NCBI GenBank assembly: GCA_010356995.1
Contig: ML996696.1
Location: 932,364-996,363, forward strand
Reading direction: 5' to 3'
Origin: Trichodelitschia bisporula
Taxonomy: Eukaryota
DNA: 64,000 bases
Under the pieces are notes generated by a model that saw only the letters and a list, made by a program, of their open reading frames with translations, searched no databases and was not told the origin of the DNA. Below are positions 35,014 through 45,844 of this stretch, piece by piece (position 1 is the stretch's first letter; each line of letters opens with the position of its first letter). A program made the translations under genes and the position numbers.

Positions 35014-37029
35014 CTACCACCGAGCCTTTGAAGCTGGAGGCGACTTACCGGAGTCCCACAGATGCCACCACGGCTTGGCGTCCGGAATAATAGCCATGTC
35101 GTCGCCCACGATAACCGCCTTTTTATCCGGAGCGTCGTTGCCTTCTAGAAGCTCACCAGACGGACCACCAAGCCCATGGTCCAGACGGGCCGGTAATTCA
35201 TCCCGTATCCGGATCAGCGTCTGGATCGCGGTGGCGGTAGCGGTGCGCTTGGCGATCGCTGTCGTTACTGTGACCGTCACGACGTGTTGTCCGGGAATGA
35301 TGATGTCGTCGTCCAGCGCGTCCTTCATAACGGTCGAGTTCGGGGTAGGGCGAATCGTCTCACCGCGACGACCAAGTCCGATATCCGTCAGCGTCTGGTA
35401 TGCGGTCGCGGTTGCAGTGCTCTGCTCCAGCGCGGTGCTCGTAAGGGTGACATCATCGCCCGGCGCATCGCTGTACACGGAGCCGAAGTTGGGAGGCGAT
35501 GCCGTCGAAGAACTGTTGCTGTTCGCGGCTGGGGTGCTGCCAGGAGCCGTGCTAATGCCCTTCGCGACGTTGGAACCGTTGTTCGCACACGTAGGGGGCA
35601 CGGTGACTGTGATGTACACCGTCTGCAACGTCGTATCCTTCGACGGGCACGGGGGCGTCGTTGTGGTGAACATGGTCGTGTAGACTGTGTCCGTCCCATC
35701 GGCGCCAGAGACGACAATCCGCGAAGGAGACAGGGTCGAAAGCGAAGCCGGGAATGTAGTAAACGCCGAGGTCGGAGGAGCGATCGAGCTCGAAGAGGTG
35801 GTCAGAGCTGAAATCGGACCCGAAGAGGCAGTCGGAGGCGTAAACGAGCTGCTAAACGCAACCGGGCTCGAAGGCGCAGCCGAGCTAGAAGGCACAGTCT
35901 GGCTCGAAGGCGCGACCGAGGCCAATGACCCAGCCGGAGGATTCGCCGACATGGGTGTCGAAGCGCCCGACATGATGACGACCCATGACGTTGAGGTAGT
36001 CGTGGTAGCCCTGCCTTCTGTGACCCAAACGACGACAGTATGGGGCGTGTGCGTTGAAGTCAAACTCGATGACAGAGTCGTAGTCGGCGCGACGCTAGAG
36101 CCATTGACAGCCGAAGAGGGGACGGCAATTGAAGAACCATACCCGATGATGGATATGCTTGAGGACGACGACTCGGTTGAAGCGGCACTGGACTCACTGA
36201 AAGCCGAAGTAGGAGTCAGAGCGGACGAAGAGATCACGGCATCGGCGGTGCTCGAAGACGGCGCACCGGTCGGCACAGCGCTGAAACCATCGAAAGCCGA
36301 AGTAGAAAGCGCAATCGACGTGCTAAACCCGATAATCGATATACTTGAGGACGACGACTCGGTTGGAGCGGCACCGTAGTCATCGACGGCCGAAGTAGAA
36401 GCCACAGCGGACGACAGAATCACGGCATCGGAGATGCTCGAAGACTGTGCACCAGTCGGCACAACGCTAGACCCATTGGCAGCCGAAGTAGAAAGCGCAA
36501 TGGATGTGCTAAACCTGATAATCGATATGCTCGAAGACGACGCACCAGTCGGCACGACGCTAGAAGCATTAACCGACGGCGCCACACCCGAAGTGCTCCC
36601 GCCACCAAGGTAAGTCGTAATGGTAGTATCCCTGTTCTCAGTAATGGTGACAGTCGCAGAACCCAGGCGCGGCTTTCCCTTCAGAACGGACGACAGGCGC
36701 GAGGCCAATGACATCGCATTGATACCGACATCGACACCGGAGGAGCCATGGTTCAAGAGAGTAACAGTTGTCGCCGTGGAGGCCGAGAGGCAAGTGGTAT
36801 TATCGCCCGTGGTGCTGTTTGTCGCATTGAAGCTGTTGCCGATGACGCTCATGGCGGACGGCGCATGGTGCATGTGAGTAGTGAGTGTCCTCGAGGAGGT
36901 CGTGGTGCAGGTGGTGTTCTCGGCTATGGCGTTGTTTCTCGCGTTGATGCCGTTGCCGTGGCCGCCTATGGGAGGCGCTGCGAAGACGGTAAGCGGCGCG
37001 AGGGCCAGGAGGAAGGGTAAGAAGAGCAT
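35014..37029 (-). CDS. Secreted Ser/Thr-rich (mucin-like) protein with 31-aa tandem repeats; function unknown
   Basis: ATG 37029 gives signal peptide MLFLPFLLALAPLTVFA within ORF 35014-37377; many N-X-S/T sites; 93-bp repeat units. Confidence 0.75.
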   Translation of the reverse strand: MLFLPFLLALAPLTVFAAPPIGGHGNGINARNNAIAENTTCTTTSSRTLTTHMHHAPSAMSVIGNSFNATNSTTGDNTTCLSASTATTVTLLNHGSSGVDVGINAMSLASRLSSVLKGKPRLGSATVTITENRDTTITTYLGGGSTSGVAPSVNASSVVPTGASSSSISIIRFSTSIALSTSAANGSSVVPTGAQSSSISDAVILSSAVASTSAVDDYGAAPTESSSSSISIIGFSTSIALSTSAFDGFSAVPTGAPSSSTADAVISSSALTPTSAFSESSAASTESSSSSISIIGYGSSIAVPSSAVNGSSVAPTTTLSSSLTSTHTPHTVVVWVTEGRATTTTSTSWVVIMSGASTPMSANPPAGSLASVAPSSQTVPSSSAAPSSPVAFSSSFTPPTASSGPISALTTSSSSIAPPTSAFTTFPASLSTLSPSRIVVSGADGTDTVYTTMFTTTTPPCPSKDTTLQTVYITVTVPPTCANNGSNVAKGISTAPGSTPAANSNSSSTASPPNFGSVYSDAPGDDVTLTSTALEQSTATATAYQTLTDIGLGRRGETIRPTPNSTVMKDALDDDIIIPGQHVVTVTVTTAIAKRTATATAIQTLIRIRDELPARLDHGLGGPSGELLEGNDAPDKKAVIVGDDMAIIPDAKPWWHLWDSGKSPPASKARW
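36082..36570 (-). repeat. Coding minisatellite, 93-bp period, 5 full units plus a partial unit
   Basis: Units start at 36570, 36477, 36384, 36291, 36198 and 36105. Confidence 0.85.
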
Positions 37030-37690
37030 TTTGGAAGTTTGATAGGATGTAAGGGATGTGGGTTGGGAATGGGTGTGAGAATGAAGGAGAGTGTGGTGCA
37101 AAGGAGTGTGGTTGAGCGAGCAAGTTCGTTTATGAGAAGGAGTGTGGTTGTTGGTGAAAGGTTGTGGTGAAAGGTCGAGGTGAAAGTCATCTTGAAGGGA
37201 GGGAGGGTGGTTCGAGCTCAGGGTCGAGGTCAACGTCGGCCAAGGTGAAATGCGTCCAAGAGTCTGATGGAAGGTCGATGGATTCTTGGATTCTGCCCAG
37301 GACGACACTGCGGCTATCAGCGGTGACGTCGAGACTCGATAGGGATGAGATGAGATGTACTTCCTCGTCGTGCCCACTCATGCTCATCTCGACTCACCCA
37401 CCCTCCACGACATCCCATCTGATCACCGGCACAACACAACACGCACCATTTACAAGTTTCGAGTGCAACCATTTTTAAGACTACAAGTGATTGACCATAA
37501 CGCCGTAGTCGGCGTAATACACTACAACACAGATGTGACTCAAGATCCAACTGGTGACTCGAGCCGAACTCCCCCTATATATGCCGGAGGCAGGCAACGC
37601 TGATGCTGGTCAATGCACTCATCACTCTTTTCATCCGGAACACATTATTACATCGCCAACACTTCTCCTATGCTACCTGTGCTCCGGCAC

Positions 37691-39581
37691 CTATAGGCTC
37701 CCGTCGTTCATCTTCTCCTTGATCGTTTCAAACGTCTGATAAAATTAGCGTTATTCTCATGCTTAGCAGCAAACTCACCTTCACAAGCTTACGGCGCGCA
37801 CCCAGTGCGTTCACACCCCGCTTCTCAAGGGCGTCCTCATCAAGCTCGACCATCTCCTGCCACTTCAGGTCTTTCAGATTGTCTGTGTATTTATGCAGCC
37901 GCAGGCTGCGCAGCCAGGCCGGGATATCCTGCAGCAACGCGATGTCCGAAGGGTCTTCTGGAGGCTTTGAGCTGCCACGTCGGCCACGAGGCGACCGGCC
38001 ACGCTGCATCTCGCCATGGTCTGAGAGGTCGCCGCTGCTAAGGCCATATTGGCCCATCCCCATATTCAGATTCATACTGTTAAGGCCGGCGACAAGTGCG
38101 GCATTGTCGTAGGCCGCAAGGTACCCGTTGTTCTGCGGGGCTGCGAACCCCATGCCTCCCATGCTGGGCACCATGAGCCCCGGTGAGTTAGGGCGGGAGC
38201 GGCGCCCGCTGATGGAGGCAAGTTGCTGTGCCTGCAACGAGGCAGCCTGCTGCGGGGTGAGGAGATGACCATGCTCGTTGGTCATGACGAAGTTCGCCGG
38301 AGGGATGCCTGGCGACGGCGGAGCCTGGCCTTGGCCCTCTGATGAGCGCGCACGGCGGTACTTACGCACATCATCAAACTGAATACGGTTGTTCACCGTA
38401 GAGAGAGCGGCCAGTTTCATGGCCGTCGCGTTGGCCACCATGTCCGCCTGATTCCCGCCCTGCTGCGAGGGGAAGTGCGGCATCATCGGCGTGTTCAGCG
38501 CCGAGGCCCAGTTACCGATCGGCGTTAACACCGGTAACCCGTTATTCAACTTATCGGGAGCATTGAGCGTCGTGCTCTGAAGGTTGGTGTCGCCGGAGAT
38601 CATGGGCCGGGGAGAACGCAGTCCCGCCGAGGGTGGCGGCTGTGTGAACTGCCCCATTGGCGGCAAGCCCGAAGACGACTTGGGCCGCGCAACGGGCGGC
38701 TGTTCAGAGCGCCATGGGGATGGGGGCGGCTGCGGCAGACCATCCTTCATTCCGTCGTCAGGGGCCGATATGGTCGGCGCAATGAGCGAGGTACGGTCTC
38801 CGATAGTGCTGTTCCGGTTGGAAGGCGGCGCCATACCGGTCTGTTGCGTGAACTGCTCCTTCTGTTTTGCAATTGCTGCGGCAGCGTCGGGAAACATTGA
38901 GTTAATCATGGCAGGATCTAACTGCGAATGACGCTTATTGCCCGGCGATGGCGGCGGACGGGCCGCAAACGAATTGCGGTTTTCAACCGTCAATTTGTGC
39001 ATGGCACCGTCAAACTTTTGAGTCATGGCATCTCAATTGTTAGCTGCGTGAATACCAGTTGGTGCCGACCTCAACTCACCCTTCTGCCCAAAGTTGGACG
39101 GAGAAAGTATGCCAGACATGGGATGCTTCTTCGCCATCTCCTGCAGGACCTGGATGAAGAAACGGATCTGAACTTGAGTCGTCTGCTGAAGCAGAGCGTA
39201 AAGAGCAGACGTGCGCTCCGCCTCGCTCAGGACTCGAAACCACTGCTCGATGGCGCTCAGCTCATCCTTAAAGTCCTGGTCGAGCGTGGCTGTGGCCATT
39301 TCCTCCAGTGTGGCCTCATACTGATCGATATCAGCGAGCCATTGTTGGGCGGCCTTCTCCATGTCATCACTGGACTGAGCCTGGTTCGCCAACGCCTGAC
39401 TGAAGTAGACCTCCGACGAGGGGCGAATGCCACGCGTAGAAGGCAAAGCCGAGGCGTAGGCGCCCATGTCGGCCGACGCCCGCAAATGGTGGCCGGCCCC
39501 AATTTGGCGCGACGATGGTGGGCGGAGGGAGGAGTTGGACGCCTCTGGCGTGCTGTTCCTGTTGCCAGCAACGTTCGACAT
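37691..39581 (-). CDS. VTS1: Vts1/Smaug SAM-domain RNA-binding protein; introns 39079-39032 and 37778-37736
   Basis: [30 protein letters not shown] and SAM domain [21 protein letters not shown]...[13 protein letters not shown]. Confidence 0.94.
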
Positions 39582-41882
39582 CGTGTCGTGTTGGTAAAAT
39601 GTCGGGAAGGATATGGACTGCGTCTGTTAGTTGTGAATTGTTGTCTTCAGTGCCTACTTACAGTTGATAAGGTACAAAGGTTAAAGTGCGCTCGACTCCC
39701 GCAGACCCGCTGACCTCAAGGGAGTTCGGTGAGGGCTTAATCGAGGAGCAAAGAGTACATGTATCAAGACGAACACACAGTCCTTCCTGTGACTGAACGT
39801 CGTTGAGTGTGTTTTTGCCGACGCGTCGGTGGCAAAAAGTGAGGCCTGGGAGGGGGGGTTCAGCTCTGCTGCAAAGAGCCGACTGACTGCGGCCGAGATC
39901 GAGAACCTGGACTTACTCAACGGCAAGCCCCGGGCTTGATGAATGTATGCAGGAATGCAAAAATTGTGTTCGAAGTTGCACTGAGATGTGAGATACTCGA
40001 GGTGGAGATTTGCGGTAGTCAGTGACAGATGGTGGTCGAAGACGAGAGGATGTGGAGGGGGTGTGATCTGCTGGGGAGAAGTGGAGGAGGAGACAACCTG
40101 TGAATGACTGACGGAGCTGTGTGGGTCCTTGGTCGTGGCCCGTGCGTATGTGTGGCTCCTGCCGCCGCACAAACCACCTGTGGCACTGTGGCTTGACGTG
40201 CACCTGAGTTGACAGTATTGGCCTTGGGCATCAATTCGTCAGAGGAGGAAAGGGATCAATATTGTTCCCGGGGCCGGTTGTTACAGGGGGTTTTGGAGTC
40301 CAGTCTTTTGAACATCGTCCTTAGAACCCATGGAAGCAATTGGCGATAAGGCGTTTTCGAGGCTCGGCGCCTGTGAATCTACTGTCATCAAGTCCTCGAA
40401 TACGTTGTAGCTATCCTAGGCCGCTCGTCCATCACCAGGCAGGAATATCTCGCAAATCGCCATCATCCACCGAGTTCATGCGCTTGAATCTCCCCATCTC
40501 TGTCCCAAGCGGCCTAAGTAGCAACAGACGTCCAATTCACCTCCGGCTAGCCTAGAGCCGAACTCATGTCCAGTTAAGCTTCTGCCCCACCGATATCTGG
40601 CACCATTGCGGGGTAGACGCTAGACGCCGTGAGACCAAGTTGGGCGGACCGTTAAGCGTTTCAACCCCGAGCTGGCGATCGCCCATGTAACCCAGGAGTA
40701 TTGTCCGCAGTTTCAAGATCTGCTGTTGATCCGGGGTCGAGCCTGGCCTTATTTGACCGGGCATCCGGCCTCGGATGGTTCAGCCTGATAAGGAGGTGGA
40801 TGCAGGTGACGGAGTCTGTGTCGAGGGTGGCAGCTTCACCGAGGCTCTTCGAGTCCGCCGAGATTTCACCAAGAAAAAGTTGGGCTCTGCAAGCTCCTAA
40901 TATCAATAGTTGTCCAACAGCTTCCAATCCGAGGTTTTGCGGGCTCTGGAAGCTCTGAATACCCTCCATACCCCGCAGGCTTACATCGCTAATCCTTAAA
41001 ATATCTCCCCGTATATAGGGCGACGGCCACCACCCTACAAACATCTCATCTGAGGTCAGCCCCAATGTCGGTTTCCCCTCCCGAAAGTTTTCATCTTGCA
41101 TGCAAGTGGTTGGAGCGAGCGAGGCCATCACACCTCACCGCGCTTGATAGGCCAGCAGGCGGCCAATCGCTGTTTCCTGCAGGTGAAGGATAGTCTGTGC
41201 CACGCGGTAGTTTTCCCCCATAGGGTATCGCATCATAAGATGCGGTCTGCACTGTTCACGTGGACAGAATGCGGTGAACTGAGTTTGATACCACTGTACA
41301 CGAGCCCAGACCGCACTTCAAGAGGGAGGGAGAGGTCGCTCTAACTACGAGGTACAGAGGCCGCCGATTGCCTTGCCCATCAATTAGCTCCTGAAACAAG
41401 CCAGATAGCCACCGGTCACTGCACCCAACCGGAATATATGACAAGGCTGCAAGTCGGCGAGGCGCGGCGGACGAAATCGCGGTCTAATCAACTATCCTGC
41501 CGTGACTGCCACGTGCGCTGATTGGTGGAGGCCACGCATGCAGGTTTGTCTTTGGGAGACTCAAAAGGTTGTGGCAGCCCTGGACAACAAAGACAGCCGA
41601 GCAAGGGGCCATGACTTTTTCGGGTAGCCTTTCGTCCTTTCCCCCACAAAATTCAACCGAAGCAATATATGAGCAGGCGACGGACTTTACACAGAACCCT
41701 TCACTTTCCCCCACCTCTCTCGCATTGCTGCCCATTTCAAAAGAAAGGACCTAGCCTTGCATATTCGACATACTGACCATTGCTTGCTACAATTGCACAA
41801 CTAACACCGCAGGTTTTACGCTCCCATCTGAACAAGCTTCTTCCCCAACTCAGCTCTTCGTCATCCTCACACATCCGTCGCC

Positions 41883-42932
41883 ATGTCACAAACCGAGCCT
41901 AGCACGTCACCTTCTCAGGACCCTGTGAAGCAGGAAGAAAAGAAGCCCGATTATCCTCTCTCGCGCTCGTTGTCGGCGGGGCGGGGAGCAAAGCGGTCCA
42001 GTAAGTGCTTGCATTCACCACCCCACTGCTCCGCAGTCGGCCGGAGTTTTTCCTCCTGCAAACTCAAACCCCACATCTCCCACCTTTTCCACAACCGCCT
42101 TCACGTGTCAAACCATCCAACATGGCTGACCCATCTTCCTCAGGAACGCAATCGCTCCCGCCGCCGAGCTTGCCGCAGCTTGTTGCGGAACAACACACTC
42201 CGATCCCGTCGAACGACAAGGACACGCAACGTCTGATTGTCGTCCTCTCCAATGCGAGTCTCGAGACTTACAAGGCCGCCAGCAGTGGACGCGGTCCCGG
42301 ATATAGAGACGAGAAGTACTCGCTTCTCAACAGTGATGAGCATATCGGTGTTATGAGGAAAATGGGTCGCGACATCAGCGATGCGCGTCCAGATATCACC
42401 CACCAGGTCTGACTGGTTTCCCCGCCCGTCTTGCGCGCTGCTAAAAAAAAGACAGTGTCTTCTCACCCTCCTCGACTCCCCCATCAACAAGGCGGGCAAA
42501 CTCCAGATTTATATCCACACGGCGAAGGGTGTCCTGATCGAGGTCAACCCGACCGTCCGCATTCCCCGCACCTTCAAGCGTTTTGCTGGTCTTATGGTGC
42601 AGTTGCTGCACCGGATGTCGATTCGCTCGGTGTCGTCTCAGGAGAAGCTGCTGCGGGTCATCAAGAACCCGATCACTGACCACCTCCCGCCAAACTGCCG
42701 CAAGGTTACGCTGTCGTTTGAGGGTCCAGTTGTCCGGGTCAAGGACTACATCCAGACTCTCGGCCCGAAGGAGAGCATCTGCGTGTTTGTCGGCGCCATG
42801 GCCAAGGGCAAGGACGACTTCGCGGATGGTTTCAAGGACGACACCATCTCCATCAGCAGCTTCAGCCTGAGTGCCAGCGTGGCATGCAGTAAGTTCTGCC
42901 ACGCCGCTGAGGACGTATGGGACATTATCTAG
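41883..42932 (+). CDS. EMG1: 18S rRNA pseudouridine N1-methyltransferase Emg1/Nep1; introns 42001-42143 and 42407-42455
   Basis: Splicing gives ...[22 protein letters not shown]...[12 protein letters not shown]...[23 protein letters not shown]...[17 protein letters not shown]...[10 protein letters not shown]. Confidence 0.95.
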
Positions 42933-43374
42933 GCAACCCCCCCACCCCCTATAATTGACAACAAACGGTAGGGGGCGAGAGGATACACCGGATGCTGCGG
43001 GCCGATCTGATCGCAACATCGGGTGCCGGCGCGGGCTTCACTGGGACCTCTTCGCCAGCGTCGGTCTCTGGGGACTTTGGACTGTTTTCGCAACAAGACA
43101 TGAAAAAGCCTTCAACAGACTGATTTTTCCTTTTTCTTTTTCTCTTTGATCGCGGCTGACTTGCCCTGCGGCTATTCAACAATGCCGCGGGGTATAGATA
43201 GCAGGTTGGGGGGAAAGGGGGAGGGAAGATGGTGCTGGGGAGGAATGGTTCTGGGAGTTTGTCGTCGACGAGCCGGACGAAGCAATGATACCCCGTTATG
43301 GACCCTGATGCTTTCGTGTGCCAGTGCCTAGCCCTGTTTTTGGACATTACTCTGGATATTGGAAGGTGGAGATT

Positions 43375-43457
43375 GGTAGGTCTCCGCCTACTTGCGAGCT
43401 CGAGTCTGGCTGATGGGTAGGTCTCTGCCCACTTCCTCGTCTCAAACCTGGCTGATG
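43375..43457. repeat. Degenerate 41-42-bp tandem duplication
   Basis: ggtaggtctccgcctactt...ctggctgatg versus ggtaggtctctgcccactt...ctggctgatg. Confidence 0.75.
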
Positions 43458-44080
43458 GGCACATCTGCAGTCTCCCATGCCAGCAATCTTCCAACCCAAC
43501 GCGGTATTTATCCAGCCAACGGCGGCGAGCATCGCGTTCTCGTTGCTTTCTTCTATCTACGCCCCGCCGTCCAGACCGTTCCGCGATGTTGAGATACGCA
43601 TCCCACGTGGGGGCCCGTCCGTCTTACTTGAGACCGGGATCGTGGAATTGGAATGCACGTCACGCTCGCTCGCATGGATATGTAGCACGGAAGCAGCAGG
43701 GCGCAGAACACAGAACGCAGAACGCAGGGAAAGCAACCCAAACGGCCCTTGTGCGTCGTCCGATGCTGGCCGTTGGCCGCGTGTCGGCTGGGCGGCACGG
43801 TCTGGGCGGAGCTGACTGTGTCCCGCCGCTGCCGCCGATTATCTAGCTTGCCGGGGAGGGGATGGAGAGGGGTTGTGATACGTGAGGTCGTGATGAGGGG
43901 TAGGGAGGCGGGGTTGGGGGTGTGAATGGTGGGGTGATGGTGGAGGGGCGGGGATGGGGGGGGGGGGGGGGAGGTCATAGGGCTGCTATGGTATGCGAGT
44001 TTGGCTACGGGTAGGGTCGGCGCGGTGCTGGGTAAAAGCAAAGATGGTGCCCAAGATGAAGGGGATTGCGTGCGCAGGGA

Positions 44081-44162
44081 ATGGGTATGTTCTGCGCGTC
44101 ACTGAAATGGGTCTGCTCTGCGCGTCACTGAGATGGGTCTGCTCCGCACGTCACCGAGATGG
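44081..44162. repeat. 26-bp tandem repeat x3
   Basis: atgggtatgttctgcgcgtcactgaa / atgggtctgctctgcgcgtcactgag / atgggtctgctccgcacgtcaccgag. Confidence 0.9.
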
Positions 44163-45844
44163 AATCCGCGGCCGGTGGCGAGAGTCGTGGACTTTTTTGG
44201 TGAGCGCGCAGAGTGTGGGAGTTATTTCCTGCACGATGATGCCGACTCTCGAGAAAATTTTCGTAGAGCTGCTGGTGGGTTGGTTGATACTGCAGCGGGG
44301 AGGGAAGAGGGGCTATTTGTAGCTTCTTGCTTGCAACGTGCTGTCCGCGGGACAGACATATACGGATTGGGAAGGTGAATGAGGGAGCTGTAAGATTCGC
44401 GAGTGCGTGGGGAGATATCATATTCTGCATACACACTGATGCGATGCTGGAGCGGAGTGGTCCTCGTGGTGCAATGCTAGACCACAGCTCGCTGCGCCCG
44501 CTGATTGGAGCCACATGCCATGCTCCTTGACGGGGTGCCAGCGCAGATGAGGCAAGCGCGGCGAAGGTTTTCGATGGTACGTAGGCGCTGCAGCGTTGCA
44601 AGGCAGGCCGAATACATGAAGTACACGACTACGGGCGGTACTTGCCTCTTGCCCTCTTACCTTTTGCCTTCATTCTCCTCCCATGGGCTGTTTTGGAGTG
44701 GGTGGTGAAGTGGTCGTGAAGTGGTGAAGCGGGGAACGAGGCGGACGATACGTATCCCGCCACTCTCGCCTGATCTCGACTGCAGTCCCGAAACCCCCCG
44801 TTCAGCGGGCCGGACATGGATCGGGTCTGGCCACCGGCTGGTCACGGTACAGCGAGGCGACGACGGAGCAGAGCCGCGGGACTTTGCTGGAGACGGAGTG
44901 TTTCGCTATCTCGCACGGCGCTGCAGATCTGAATGGCCGCCTTGAGGACGGGAGGTGGATGGAAGGGAAGTGGGACTGGTGGAGAAGATGCAGGCTCGCG
45001 GAGGGAGAGCTGCCGCCTTGCTGGCTGGCGGGTGTGCGGAGGGTGGATTGGACTTGGTATGGTGTGTTTCAACCTCTCGGGGGAGGAGGAGGAGGGACCG
45101 ACTGGCTGTGGAGCAATGATGGGATGTAGTGGAGATACTGGTCCGATAATGGCGAGGAAGGGATCTGGGATGACGTGAAGCAACGCTGCTCAACGCTCAA
45201 CGCTCCCTCTCCCCTTCGCGCTACGTCCTTTGTGCTACATCCAAGTCCGCGAGGCAGCGCGACGCAGGTTCATCCCGCATACTCTGTGCATACCGACGTA
45301 CTCTGTACTACCCCCAGTGCATAGCGGAAGGCCCCCCCCCGCCTGCCGCCGCCATCGCTCCTCGCCATGCATCCCGCCTACGTGTCAAGCGAGCGGTGCG
45401 CGGGTTGGACGTGGCACGCTGCGAGGCGGGCCTGGGGACGGGGGGTGTTGGTTAGTTTCGTGACGGCGGCGGGGGGGACTAATCGGGTGCGAGGGGAGGG
45501 ATGGGTGGTAAATGGATGGATGGAGCGATGGGGAGCGGTTTGGACACCTCACGCTGCTTGTTCTAATGCACGTGTGGTGGAGACGTGCGGGTTGAAGGGG
45601 TGAGCGTCAAGCATGCTCTCCGCTCCTCGAGTATATCTTGCGCGTGAGCCCGCCTGGGCCGTGTAACCGGTCTTTCTGTTTCCCGTTTGATGCTTTTGTT
45701 ATAAGAGACGGTGGTGATTGAGAAAAGAATATATTCCCGCTTGCTGCTGTTGTATCACCCCGCTACGTACCGTTGTACACTCCCCACCATCACACCAACT
45801 GCTGTACCATCCCCCGCTCTATCACACTCCCGACCACCGCGGCC

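Noticed and set aside
40661..41131. 156-aa ORF between VTS1 and EMG1
   Set aside because: No recognisable domain or splice context; may be promoter or UTR sequence.
5888..42932. Functional gene cluster (for example RNA metabolism: RRP6, VTS1, EMG1) or secondary-metabolite cluster
   Set aside because: The genes are far apart and interleaved with unrelated housekeeping genes; no PKS, NRPS or terpene backbone gene is present.
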